From: Candidatus Latescibacterota bacterium
GTDB taxonomy: Bacteria > Latescibacterota > UBA2968 > UBA8231
Assembly (NCBI GenBank): GCA_965248265.1
Contig: CBDFJF010000001.1
Span: 3,072,001-3,136,000 of the forward strand
Direction: 5' to 3'
Length of the DNA stretch: 64,000 nucleotides
Shown: piece after piece, positions 29,789 to 39,570 of the stretch
Layout of the letters: every line of letters starts with the position of its first letter
Position numbering within the stretch: position 1 is the stretch's first letter
Notes under the pieces: generated by a model
What the model saw: only the letters and a program-made list of their open reading frames with translations
Told to the model about the DNA's origin: nothing
Database searches by the model: none
Program-made: the position numbers and the translations under genes

Positions 29789-30679
29789 GTGACGGACACA
29801 TCGACCACGCCGGTGCGCCTTGGGGTCATCGGCGGCTCTGGTGTTTACCAGATGGAAGGGGTAGACATCGTCGGCGAGTATGACATGGAAACCCCTTTTG
29901 GAGCCCCGTCAGATAGGGTCATTCATGCCCGTATCGGTGAGCGCGCCGTGTTCTTCCTGCCGCGCCACGGCAAGGGGCATCGCATCATGCCCTCGCAGAT
30001 CAACTTCAAAGCCAACATTCACGCCCTCAAACAGCTCGACGTGACGCACGTGCTGGCCGTGAGTGCCGTCGGCATCATGAAGGAACACATCAAACCCGGA
30101 GAAATGATGGTGCCCGATCAGCTGTTCGATCGCACCAAGGGCATCCGTCCCTCCACCTTCTTCGGCGATGGTATTGTCGGTCACGTCTCCATGGCGGACC
30201 CGTTCTGCCATGACCTGCGTGAGATCGCCTTGCAGGCAGCGAAGCAGTGCGGGGCAAACGTTCATGATGGGGGCACCTACGTGTGCATGGAGGGCCCCCA
30301 ATTTTCCACGCGAGCCGAATCTCATTTCTACCGTCAAAGCGTCGACGCTTCCGTCATCGGCATGACGGCTGTCCCCGAAGCCATGCTCGCCCGCGAAGCA
30401 GAGATGTGTTACGCGCTGCTGGCCATGGGCACGGACTACGACTGCTGGCACGAGGAGGAAGATGACGTCTCCGTCGAGGCGGTGCTCGAGATCGTGCACA
30501 AGAACGCTGCCCTGGGGAACGATATCGTCAAAGCAGCGGCTGGTCTGCTGCCGGCCGACACGGACTGCGAGTGTCTGCACGCTGCACAGCATGCCGTCAT
30601 CACGGCGCCCGACGCCGTCAGCGACGAGGCCAAGGAGCGCCTGTCACTGCTGTACGGCAAGTACTTCGGTGAAACCTAA
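29789..30679 (+). CDS. mtnP: S-methyl-5'-thioadenosine phosphorylase
   Basis: GVIGGSG, PRHG, EGPQFSTRAES, IGMT..PEA, TDYDCW. Confidence 0.92.
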   Translation: MTDTSTTPVRLGVIGGSGVYQMEGVDIVGEYDMETPFGAPSDRVIHARIGERAVFFLPRHGKGHRIMPSQINFKANIHALKQLDVTHVLAVSAVGIMKEHIKPGEMMVPDQLFDRTKGIRPSTFFGDGIVGHVSMADPFCHDLREIALQAAKQCGANVHDGGTYVCMEGPQFSTRAESHFYRQSVDASVIGMTAVPEAMLAREAEMCYALLAMGTDYDCWHEEEDDVSVEAVLEIVHKNAALGNDIVKAAAGLLPADTDCECLHAAQHAVITAPDAVSDEAKERLSLLYGKYFGET

Positions 30680-31776
30680 TGAAGACGCCGCTGAGGATGG
30701 CGGTCGTCGGTGTTGGGCGCATCGGCATGTACCATGCTCAGCACGCCCAGGAACTGGCTCACTCCCGCCGCGACTGCGAGCTGGTCGCCGTCGTGGACGG
30801 TTTTCCCGGCACGGCACAGCGCGCTCGGGATCAGCTGCAACCCGGCCAGGCCCATGAGATAGTGACCTTCGACGATGTGGATGCTCTGGTTGAGTCTGAA
30901 GTGTGCGATGCCGGCGTTGTTGCCTCACGGACGGTGGATCACCATCGCGACGCGAAGGTACTCGTGAACGCCGGCCTGCGCGTCCTGCTGGAAAAACCGC
31001 TGACACATTCCCTCGAATCCGCCGCCGCCTTCGCCGCGTACCTGAACGACGAACCTCGCAGACAGCGTGCCGTCATGCTCGCCTTCATGCGGCGATTCGA
31101 TCCAGCTCTTCTGCACGCCAAGCTCCTGCTGGAGCAGGGCGCTATCGGCAAGCTCTTCAAATTGGTCTCCATCCTGGAAGATCCTGCAGCCCCGCCCGAA
31201 GGCTACAGCAGTCCCGGCCTGCTCGTCGACATGGCCGTTCACAACGCGGACGAAGTCATGTGGCTTGCCGGAGGACAGCGACCCCAGGCGGTGACGGGTG
31301 CCGGGTCCAGACTGTACAACCAGATGCATACCAGCGTCGTGGAAGACTTTGATGACAGTTTCCTGCAGATGTGGTTCGAAGATGACCTTGCGGCGCAGGT
31401 GCAGGTCAGCCGCAACCACGTGGCCGGTTATCGCAACGAGACCCTCCTCTACGGCGAGACCGGCTTGATTCACGTCGGGGCCTTTCGCGGGAATCCGGGT
31501 AGCGTGACCGTCGAGCACTACGGAGCCGACGGTTTGGTTGATGAGCGCAGCTTCGAAACCCGGGATTACGGCCGGGACGTCCCCGTTTTCATCACCCGCT
31601 TCGGCACGGCCTACGCGGCGGAGCTCGACGACTTCATCGACAAGTGCCTTCAGGACCAGGCCTTCTCCGTCAATCACGACGACGGCCTGCGTGCCATGCA
31701 GGTAGTGACGGATGGCATGGGCTCACAGATAACCCGTGTGCAAGCGGCGCCCGTCGCATGGAAGCCTCCGAGCTAG
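30679..31776 (+). CDS. Gfo/Idh/MocA oxidoreductase, myo-inositol dehydrogenase-like
   Basis: GVGRIG, EKP, FMRRFD, DMAVH; TAATG coupling to mtnP. Confidence 0.88.
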   Translation: MKTPLRMAVVGVGRIGMYHAQHAQELAHSRRDCELVAVVDGFPGTAQRARDQLQPGQAHEIVTFDDVDALVESEVCDAGVVASRTVDHHRDAKVLVNAGLRVLLEKPLTHSLESAAAFAAYLNDEPRRQRAVMLAFMRRFDPALLHAKLLLEQGAIGKLFKLVSILEDPAAPPEGYSSPGLLVDMAVHNADEVMWLAGGQRPQAVTGAGSRLYNQMHTSVVEDFDDSFLQMWFEDDLAAQVQVSRNHVAGYRNETLLYGETGLIHVGAFRGNPGSVTVEHYGADGLVDERSFETRDYGRDVPVFITRFGTAYAAELDDFIDKCLQDQAFSVNHDDGLRAMQVVTDGMGSQITRVQAAPVAWKPPS

Positions 31777-33968
31777 CCCAGCGCATCCTTTTCGGCGAAA
31801 CCCTCGAAGACAAGCTCGTCGACGGTGGGCGCATCCTGGACCGAAAACCGGGGTTGGCACAATCCACGCCTGATCAACCGGGCCGTCCCTCCGAACTGCG
31901 CCTCGACAGCTGGCACGGGCGCGAGCGCGTGCGCTTTAATGATGTGCGCAAGTTCAACAGCGACAAAGAACGCGGCCTGGTCCTGCATTTTTTCGCCAAC
32001 CATGAATTGCTGGCACTGGAGCTTCTCGCCCTCGCCCTGCTGAAGTTTCCCGACGCCCCGCCCAAGTTTCGCCGCGGCCTGATCGCCACGCTCAAGGACG
32101 AGCAGAAACACCTGGGCCTCTATATCGATCGTATGGAGGAGATCGGTGTCGGCTTCGGGGAGATTCCGGTCAGCGATTTCTTTTGGCGCAGCATCAGTGG
32201 CATGGAAACACCCCTGGACTTCGTCACCCGTTTGAGTCTGACCCTGGAACAGGCCAATCTCGATTACGCGCCTCATTATCGCGATCTCTACAAAACGCTG
32301 GGAGATGAGGCCACTGCGGCCCTGATGGGGCAAGTGTACCGGGACGAGATCCGCCATGTGCGCTACGGGCTCAACTGGTTCGAGACCTGGCGCGATCCGG
32401 CACCCTCTCTATGGCAAGCCTACTGCGATTCCCTGAACAAGCCGCTGACGCCGAATCGGGCCAAGGGCATCGGCTTCAACGTGGAAGGCCGCCGCCGGGC
32501 CGGGTTGTCGGATGAGTTCATCGCCGAACTCGAGATTTATTCGCGCTCACGCGGCCGCTGTCCCTCTATCTACTGGTTCAATCCCACGTGCGATCAGGAA
32601 GCGGGTCTGCGCGCACGATACACGCCGACCAAGGTGATTCGGGAAATGGCGCGGGACCTGGCGAGCTTGCCGATGTACCTGGGCGCGGGGGATGACGCGA
32701 TACTGGTCCCGGAGCGTCCAACGGTCGGTTTTTTGCGATCCATCCACGAGGCCGGCTTCGCGATCCCCGAATTCGTCACCTACGGTGACGGCTCGTCTGG
32801 CGACGGATCGTCAGTCGACGGCTCGCTGAACGTGTCCACGACGGATCTGGCGGATCGCCGGTTGCAGAGCCTGCGCCCATGGGGATGGAGTCCCGAGGGC
32901 ATGCGAGTGCTGGGTCCCCTGTTCGACAATCTACCTCTGGGTCACAGTTCAGCACCCGATGCGGAGGCCATGCGAGGCCTGTACTCAAAAAGCTGGAGTC
33001 TGGAACTCCTCAAAAGCCTGTTGTCTGACATCGATGACAGCCTGGATTGGATATGCGACTCCAGTGTTGTCGGGGAGGGTTGTATCTCGGTGGGGCAAGT
33101 GGAAATCTGCGTCGATCGGCTGCTGGCGTCCGGTCATTCGCAGGTCGTCATCAAGGGACCGTTCGGAGCCGCCGGTCAGGATCAGATTCGTCTGGCAAGT
33201 GGACAGGGGAAAACCTTCGAAGAGAGGATGACGGGTGCCAAGATCGCCTGGCTGCAGCGTCTGCTGCGTGACTTCGGTGAAGTCGTCGTCGAACCCTGGC
33301 TGGCAGGGAGGATCGATCTGTCCGCCCAGTTCCTGACCGAACCCAATCGCACGATTCGCTTCCTGGGTATCACGCGATTCGTGACGGATGTCCGGGGTCA
33401 GTACGCCGGCTCTTTCATCCACCAGAAAGTTGCAGGACTGGATGAAAACGAGCGGCGCTTTTTGTACGGTGGAAGCCCGGGTGGCAAACGTCTGCAGAAC
33501 CTCTTCGAGCGGCTGGGGCCGATCATTCAGCAACAGACTGACGGCATTAGCTATTACGGCCCGATTGGCGTCGACGCACTGGTCTACAAAGAGGGCTTGT
33601 CCGGTCAACTGAAGCTGAAACCCGTGATCGAGGTCAATCCGCGTCATACCATGGGGCACCTGGCGCTCAAACTCGCTCCACGGGTGAATGCCTCGCGGAC
33701 GGCGTTGTGGACGATTCTGCGCGCTCAAGATCTGGTTGAAGCCGGCTTCGATAGCATCGCCGACTTCGCCGTTCACATGGAACGCGAACATCCATGCGAG
33801 ATGACGGATGGCGGTCTGATCTCCAATGGCATCCTGTTCACGACAGACCCCTCCCAAGCGCAGGCCTACACCAGCCTACTCGTCGTCGGTCACTCCTTGG
33901 AGCAATGCGTGGGGTATTTCGAGAGCTTCGGAGGTCGTCTTGGTCGGTGGACGAAACGTTGGGTTTGA
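31758..33968 (+). CDS. DUF455 ferritin-like diiron domain fused to an ATP-grasp-like domain
   Basis: N-half: HFFANHELLA, DEQKH, LEQANLD, DEIRH. C-half: VIKGPFGAAG, VVVEPW, GPIGVD, IEVNPR. Start ATG 31758. Confidence 0.78.
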   Translation: MEASELAQRILFGETLEDKLVDGGRILDRKPGLAQSTPDQPGRPSELRLDSWHGRERVRFNDVRKFNSDKERGLVLHFFANHELLALELLALALLKFPDAPPKFRRGLIATLKDEQKHLGLYIDRMEEIGVGFGEIPVSDFFWRSISGMETPLDFVTRLSLTLEQANLDYAPHYRDLYKTLGDEATAALMGQVYRDEIRHVRYGLNWFETWRDPAPSLWQAYCDSLNKPLTPNRAKGIGFNVEGRRRAGLSDEFIAELEIYSRSRGRCPSIYWFNPTCDQEAGLRARYTPTKVIREMARDLASLPMYLGAGDDAILVPERPTVGFLRSIHEAGFAIPEFVTYGDGSSGDGSSVDGSLNVSTTDLADRRLQSLRPWGWSPEGMRVLGPLFDNLPLGHSSAPDAEAMRGLYSKSWSLELLKSLLSDIDDSLDWICDSSVVGEGCISVGQVEICVDRLLASGHSQVVIKGPFGAAGQDQIRLASGQGKTFEERMTGAKIAWLQRLLRDFGEVVVEPWLAGRIDLSAQFLTEPNRTIRFLGITRFVTDVRGQYAGSFIHQKVAGLDENERRFLYGGSPGGKRLQNLFERLGPIIQQQTDGISYYGPIGVDALVYKEGLSGQLKLKPVIEVNPRHTMGHLALKLAPRVNASRTALWTILRAQDLVEAGFDSIADFAVHMEREHPCEMTDGGLISNGILFTTDPSQAQAYTSLLVVGHSLEQCVGYFESFGGRLGRWTKRWV

Positions 33969-34005
33969 GGACACGCGACGGAACCGGTGCACCTTGGGGG
34001 TGCTC

Positions 34006-34416
34006 TCAGGATCGCTCATTCGCATCCAATAACGCATGTACCTCATCCGGCAATCCGGGTTTACCGGCGATGATACCGGTGCCGATGATGCGGGCCTCCA
34101 GTACCAGCTCCTTCCCAGGGAGGCGGTGGACGGCTTGCTCGAACACGAAACGCAAGCGGCTCTCACGTCCAATGTTCAACCGCACGACGAAGCGATCACC
34201 CGATCGCAGTGGTCTCTTATAGTCGATCTCAGCCCGCGTCATCACCAGATCGCAGCCCTGCTCATGCAATTGCGCGAAATCCAGGCCCTGTGTGCGCAGG
34301 TAGCTGTGGCGGGTATGCTCCAAATAGTTGAGGTAGACGGCGTTGTTGACGAAGCCCTCCAGGTCACACTCGTAGTCGCGGACTTCAAATTCAAGCTCAA
34401 ACACATATTCAGCCAC
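34006..34416 (-). CDS. Acyl-CoA thioesterase (YbgC/4HBT hot-dog fold)
   Basis: VRDYECDLEGFVNNAVYLNYLEHTR, IDYKRPL. Start GTG 34416. Confidence 0.88.
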   Translation of the reverse strand: MAEYVFELEFEVRDYECDLEGFVNNAVYLNYLEHTRHSYLRTQGLDFAQLHEQGCDLVMTRAEIDYKRPLRSGDRFVVRLNIGRESRLRFVFEQAVHRLPGKELVLEARIIGTGIIAGKPGLPDEVHALLDANERS

Positions 34417-34559
34417 GGTGATTCCGATCGATCTGCCGGATTCTTGTCGCTCGTCCCCGGCGGTTGTATTTTGCACCTCTACGGCCACCGGAATCTGACT
34501 TCTGCCCCCGGTCCGTGCACAGGTAACTCGATCGAGAATGTAAGAAAGGGAGGAATCCG

Positions 34560-35618
34560 ATGAGATCTGGATGGAGAATCGCGGTTATTTCACTGGCTGC
34601 CACGGCGCTGACCTTCTCGCGTGCGGCAGCTGAAGAAGAGATGGAGTTGGCAGGCCCCAGTGGCGATCCGAGCATTGTTTCGCCGGATGCGAAGATCGAG
34701 ATGCTTTTCGATGGCGCCATTTTCACGGAAGGCCCGGCAGTGGCTCCAGACGGGTCCGTCTACTTCAGCGATATCACCTTCACGGCTTTGTCCGGCATGC
34801 AGGCAGGCCACATCTGGCGCTATGATCCGAAAACGGGCAAGACGGCTGTGTACCGCTCTCCGAGTGGCATGTCGAACGGTCTCAAGTTCGATGCCTACGG
34901 ACGATTGATCGCTTGCGAGGGAGCCGATTTTGGCGGCCGTCGCGTCACTCGAACGGATATAGCTACCGGAAAAGCCGAAATCGTCGCCGGCCTGTACATG
35001 GGGCGACCGCTGAATGCACCGAATGACGTCAGCCTCGACGAAATGGGAAGGATCTATTTCAGTGATCCGCGTTACCTCGGTCATGAGCCTGTCGATCAGG
35101 AGATCCCGTCCGTCTACCGGGTCGACCCCAATGGATCGATCGAGCGCATCATCACCGATGCGGGCAAACCCAATGGTGTGGCCGTGTCTCCCGACCAGAA
35201 GAGTCTATACGTGGTCAGCAACGACAACGGTTCGATGGGTCTGTTCCGCTACCCAGAAGAGCCGCCCGTGCACAAGGGACGCATGGCCCTTTCTGCCTAT
35301 GACCTGCACGAAGACGGCACCGCAACCTATCGAGAGGAGCTGGTCAACTACGCGCCGGAGGATGGTCCCGATGGGTTGGTGTGTGATGTGGACGGTAACC
35401 TGTGGGTCGCGCTCAGAGATCTTACACGCTTCGGTATCGCAGTCTATTCACCAACCGGTGAGGAGTTGGCCTTCATTCCCACGCCCCACGTACCGACCAA
35501 CGTAGCTTTCGGCCGTGGCAAAGAGGCCAAGACTCTGTACATGACGTACAGCGGTGAAAAGGGCATACTCGGGAAGATTCAAGTAAACAAGAAGGGCTAT
35601 CACCTGCCGAACAAGTAG
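34560..35618 (+). CDS. SMP-30/gluconolactonase family beta-propeller, exported
   Basis: Signal peptide ending AAA, TEGP, SNG, PND, PNG, PDG, PTN; GGAGG SD. Confidence 0.9.
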   Translation: MRSGWRIAVISLAATALTFSRAAAEEEMELAGPSGDPSIVSPDAKIEMLFDGAIFTEGPAVAPDGSVYFSDITFTALSGMQAGHIWRYDPKTGKTAVYRSPSGMSNGLKFDAYGRLIACEGADFGGRRVTRTDIATGKAEIVAGLYMGRPLNAPNDVSLDEMGRIYFSDPRYLGHEPVDQEIPSVYRVDPNGSIERIITDAGKPNGVAVSPDQKSLYVVSNDNGSMGLFRYPEEPPVHKGRMALSAYDLHEDGTATYREELVNYAPEDGPDGLVCDVDGNLWVALRDLTRFGIAVYSPTGEELAFIPTPHVPTNVAFGRGKEAKTLYMTYSGEKGILGKIQVNKKGYHLPNK

Positions 35619-35716
35619 AGCAGCTCGGTCACCGACGAGGTGAGGCTTTGGGGGGCAGCCGAGTCGAGTCATCGGCGACTCGGTCAACGCGCCATCAGTT
35701 TGAAAGAGAGTGGCTC

Positions 35717-36235
35717 ATGTTAAGCGACAGGATGCAGGAAACACTGAACAGACAGATCAACCGGGAATTTTTCTCGGCCTACAGCTACCTGGCGCTGACG
35801 GCCTACTTCGAGGATATCAACCTGAAGGGGTTCGCCCACTGGATGAGGACGCAGTACGAGGAAGAGCTCGTCCATGCCAACAAGGCATTCGACTTTGTCA
35901 TCAACCGGGATGGTCGCGTGACCCTGGCGGCATTGGAAGCACCCAAAGTGAGCTGGGGATCACCGGTGGAGGCCTTCGTCTTTGCCCTCGAGACGGAGCA
36001 GGCGAACAGCAAGCAGATCTATGAAGTGGTCGAAACCGCCATGGGGGAACACGACCATGCCACCCACACCTTCATGCAGTGGTTCGTGAACGAGCAGATT
36101 GAGGAAGAGGCGCTCGTCAACGACATGCTACAGAGGCTGCGACTCGTCGGTGACAACAACACCGGACTGTTCCTCATCGATCACGAACTCGGGCTGCGCA
36201 AGCCTCAAGAAGCTGAAGCCGATGGAGGGGGCTAA
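35717..36235 (+). CDS. ftnA: Non-heme ferritin
   Basis: LNRQINRE..SAY, EELVHA, QWFVNEQIEEE ferroxidase residues. Confidence 0.92.
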   Translation: MLSDRMQETLNRQINREFFSAYSYLALTAYFEDINLKGFAHWMRTQYEEELVHANKAFDFVINRDGRVTLAALEAPKVSWGSPVEAFVFALETEQANSKQIYEVVETAMGEHDHATHTFMQWFVNEQIEEEALVNDMLQRLRLVGDNNTGLFLIDHELGLRKPQEAEADGGG

Positions 36236-36236
36236 G

Positions 36237-36923
36237 TTACCGTAGGACGGGCGCTTTCTCGACCACCAAGCGAACGACGGCTCCCGGTCCCCGGTGCATG
36301 CCCTCGTCCAGTTCGACAACCGTGTCCTCGTAGTGCCTGATGCGGAAGCCTGAGAAGGCCAGCAACAGTTCGTTCGGTTTAGCCAGGTAAGCCGGATTCT
36401 TCGGACCGAAGCGCCCGGTGGCCGGCTGGTCAACGGTGAAGTTCTGGAGGATGAAGAAACCACCCGGCTTCAAGGCGGCGAGGATCTTCGGAAACAGGTC
36501 GGGCTGGTGATAGTAGAAGTCGGTTATCAGGTCGTACCCTTCGACACCCAGATCGAAGGTGGTGAGGTCGGCGGTGACGGTTTCGACCTCCACTCCACGG
36601 AGCTGTGCCAACGCACGGCATTTCTCCAGGCCCACAGCTGAAATATCCACCGCGACGACTTCGAAGCCCTGTTGTGCCAGATAGACGGCGTTTCGTCCCT
36701 CTCCCGCGGCAAGGCACAGGGCCCGGCCCTTGCGGCGCGTCAACTTCGGCATCTGCTCCTTGAGAAAACGCACCGGCTCTGAACCGTACACGAACGATTC
36801 CGCCTTGCCGTAACGGGCGTCCCAGCGCTCAGCGGTCGAATTATCGTCAACAGCGAAGGTGCGACTCGCGAGGGATGCTGCTAGCAGGATCGCTGCGAGC
36901 GGGACAGGTATCAAGGCATGCAT
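36237..36923 (-). CDS. Class I SAM-dependent methyltransferase (TehB-like) with signal-peptide-like N-terminus
   Basis: WDARY, LCLAAGEGRNA, AVDIS, LKPGG; GAAGGAG SD before ATG 36923. Confidence 0.85.
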   Translation of the reverse strand: MHALIPVPLAAILLAASLASRTFAVDDNSTAERWDARYGKAESFVYGSEPVRFLKEQMPKLTRRKGRALCLAAGEGRNAVYLAQQGFEVVAVDISAVGLEKCRALAQLRGVEVETVTADLTTFDLGVEGYDLITDFYYHQPDLFPKILAALKPGGFFILQNFTVDQPATGRFGPKNPAYLAKPNELLLAFSGFRIRHYEDTVVELDEGMHRGPGAVVRLVVEKAPVLR

Positions 36924-37019
36924 TGGGATGACTCCTTCGAGCTGTGTTTCAAGCAATGCCATGTGTCGTCGGCGCGTGAAAGACAATCCCCGATCTCTTT
37001 GCCTACATTTGCCGGCAGG

Positions 37020-38597
37020 ATGGATACCTACCTGCAACGGTTTGCCGATCAACTCGAGTCGCGTCGTGGGCGCTGGATGGCGCCGCTCATGGTGGCGCTG
37101 CTGGCATTCAGCCTGAGTGCCTGGACGTTCGACATAAAGCTTTCACTTACCGGAGACAATACCGAGTTCATAACCCTGGCTCGCAGTCTGACCCAGGGAG
37201 ATGGGCTCAGCTATATCAACCAACCCGATCCCAGGCCGGCCACGAAGTACCCCTTCGGCTTCCCCCTGATGCTGGCGCCTCTGGCGGCGGTGGAAACCGG
37301 GGGCGGTCAACCGGTCTCCGACTGGGTTGCCATGAAGTGGCTGATCGTGTGCCTGTTTGCCGCAGGCATGGCACTCGTCTACCTGTGGCTGCGTGAACTA
37401 TTAGGGGTGCTGGCCGCCAGTATCGGAGCCCTGCTATGTCTGACGAATCCACTGCTCCTCGCCTACAGCCACCAGGTGATGTCGGAGATCCCGTACCTCC
37501 TGTTCGCCATGTTCGGACTCCTCGCCCTCGCCCGGGCCTGGCCGGAATCCGGGAGTCTCAGCATCAACGCGTGGTCGGTACTGGGATTCATCAGTATGAT
37601 GTGGGCGTACCATGTGCGCAGCTTCGGTGTGGTCCTGATCGCAGCGCTGGTACTGTTGCTGGTGGTGCGCAGGAACTGGCGCCAGGTGGCGATCGTTGTC
37701 ATGGCGTCAGTGGCAATGACGCTGCCCTGGATGCTGCGCAATCGTTCGGTGAGTGGCGGCGGCTTCTACGTCAAACAGCTATTCCAGGTGAATCCCTATC
37801 AACCGGAGTTGGGCTACTTGGATGTTTCGGGATTCCTCACCCGCCTCAGTTATCATGTGGTGTGGAATCTGTTCGAGCGTTTGCCGGCGGCCTTCGTCCG
37901 CAACCTGGAGGCCGATCACCCGCTGTCCAGACTCGTCGCGGTTGCCCTGGTGACGGCGGGGATCTACGCCATCGTTCAGTGTGTGAGGCACCGACAGTTT
38001 CTGCTGCCTCTCGTCTACACGGTGTTGTCGATGGGATTGATCTTTTCTTGGCCCTGGGTCGACGAACGATTCCTACTGCCGTTGATACCCCTGTTCATCT
38101 TCTTTGTCCTGTATACGACTCGGATGATATTGCGACGAGCTGCGGGCACGACGACGACGGTGATAGCGGCCGTCCTCCTGGTTTTAGTGTTGGGATCGAA
38201 CGCCGCGGCGCTGGTAGATCTTCGGGTCAAGGGCCAGGCCGAGTACGAGCCGCGGTGGAATAACTATTTCAAGGCAGGGCTGTGGTTGCGCAGCAATGGC
38301 GAAGGGGGACAGATCGTGGCTTGCCGAAAGCCGTTCTGGATGTACGTCGTCTCGGGACTCCCGACGATTGTCTATCCCTTCAAACCCCCGAGCGAAGTCG
38401 TCGACACCATGCAGCGACGAAAAGTGACGTACGTCGTTGTCGAGCAGCTTGGATTCCCGCAGACTCCACGGTTTCTGGTGCCGGCAATCCGGCAAAACAG
38501 CGAGCGTTTCAAGGCGCTGTGGCACGCTCCCGCGCCGGATACCTACGTGCTGGCTTTCGGCTCCGTCACTCAGGAACCGGAGCGTCAGCCCGAATAA
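37020..38597 (+). CDS. GT-C fold membrane glycosyltransferase (PMT_2/ArnT-like)
   Basis: GDNTEFITLARSL, YPFGFP, VMSEIPY, PWMLRN, RFLLP; many TMs. Confidence 0.8.
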   Translation: MDTYLQRFADQLESRRGRWMAPLMVALLAFSLSAWTFDIKLSLTGDNTEFITLARSLTQGDGLSYINQPDPRPATKYPFGFPLMLAPLAAVETGGGQPVSDWVAMKWLIVCLFAAGMALVYLWLRELLGVLAASIGALLCLTNPLLLAYSHQVMSEIPYLLFAMFGLLALARAWPESGSLSINAWSVLGFISMMWAYHVRSFGVVLIAALVLLLVVRRNWRQVAIVVMASVAMTLPWMLRNRSVSGGGFYVKQLFQVNPYQPELGYLDVSGFLTRLSYHVVWNLFERLPAAFVRNLEADHPLSRLVAVALVTAGIYAIVQCVRHRQFLLPLVYTVLSMGLIFSWPWVDERFLLPLIPLFIFFVLYTTRMILRRAAGTTTTVIAAVLLVLVLGSNAAALVDLRVKGQAEYEPRWNNYFKAGLWLRSNGEGGQIVACRKPFWMYVVSGLPTIVYPFKPPSEVVDTMQRRKVTYVVVEQLGFPQTPRFLVPAIRQNSERFKALWHAPAPDTYVLAFGSVTQEPERQPE

Positions 38598-39555
38598 GTT
38601 CCTCGTCCCGCAGTTCTGCCCAAAACTGGGCCGGGATTTCCACCTTCAGCAGATCATAGTTCTCCTGCACGCGCTCTGGTCTGCGCGTGCCGGGAATGAT
38701 GCAGGTCACGGCCGGATGCGCCAGCGCGAACTGGGAAGCGGCCGCTTTGATGTCGACATCGTGGCGTTCGGCGACGGCTTCCAGCCGACGCGCCTTGTCG
38801 ACGATCTCGGCTGGCGGATCCCCGTAGTTGTACCTGGCACCTTCGCCGGACCCCTTGGCCAGTATGCCGCTGTTGTAGGTTCCACCCGCCATGATACCGA
38901 TATCCTTCTCCAGGCACAGGGGCAAGAGCTCGTCGAGAGATTCCTGTTCGAGCAGACTGTAGCGACCGGCGAGGAGGAAGCAATCGAAGTCGCCTTCGCG
39001 CGCGAAGCGCGCCAGCATCTCCCACTGGTTCATGCCGGCGCTAACGGCCTTGATGGTACCCTCGGACCGCAGCTTATCAAGGGCTGGGTAGGCGAAACGG
39101 ATTGCCTCATCGTAGTGGTTGTCCGGATCGTGGATGTGCAGGATGTCGATGCGGTCCAGTTTCAACCGCTCCAGACTCTCTTCCACCGAACGCATGATGC
39201 CATCATGGCTGTAGTCGAACACCGGTTTGAGCGGGGGCAGATTGTCGAAGATGCCCTCGCCGCTGTCTTCCTCATCCGTGGGTACCAGCAACCGCCCGAC
39301 TTTGGAGGCCAGCATATAGCTGTCGCGAGGCGCGTCCTGAAGTCCACGGCCTACGCGGGTCTCACTCTTGCCGGAGCCGTAGAGCGGGGCGGTGTCGAAC
39401 AGATTCAATCCCAGATCGAGGGCCGCGTGCACGACGGCATCTGACTGTTCCTCTGGAATGTCTCCGTACAGCCCTCCCAGAGCAGCGCATCCCAGTCCCA
39501 GACGGGTGACTTCAAGGTCGCTGCTACCCAGTGTCCTGCGTTCGAGCGGATCCAT
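38566..39555 (-). CDS. Aldo/keto reductase (aldose/L-fucose dehydrogenase-like)
   Basis: LGLGCA, FDTAPLYG, SKVG, IHD, LAGRY. Confidence 0.9.
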   Translation of the reverse strand: MDPLERRTLGSSDLEVTRLGLGCAALGGLYGDIPEEQSDAVVHAALDLGLNLFDTAPLYGSGKSETRVGRGLQDAPRDSYMLASKVGRLLVPTDEEDSGEGIFDNLPPLKPVFDYSHDGIMRSVEESLERLKLDRIDILHIHDPDNHYDEAIRFAYPALDKLRSEGTIKAVSAGMNQWEMLARFAREGDFDCFLLAGRYSLLEQESLDELLPLCLEKDIGIMAGGTYNSGILAKGSGEGARYNYGDPPAEIVDKARRLEAVAERHDVDIKAAASQFALAHPAVTCIIPGTRRPERVQENYDLLKVEIPAQFWAELRDEELIRADAPVPE

Positions 39556-39570
39556 CGGTGATCTCCTCAG

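Noticed and set aside
35659-35683. Hairpin CCGAGTCG/CGACTCGG upstream of ferritin as an iron-responsive element
   Set aside because: The loop lacks CAGUG and there is no Fur-box-like AT-rich palindrome; an 8-bp stem is unremarkable at this GC content.
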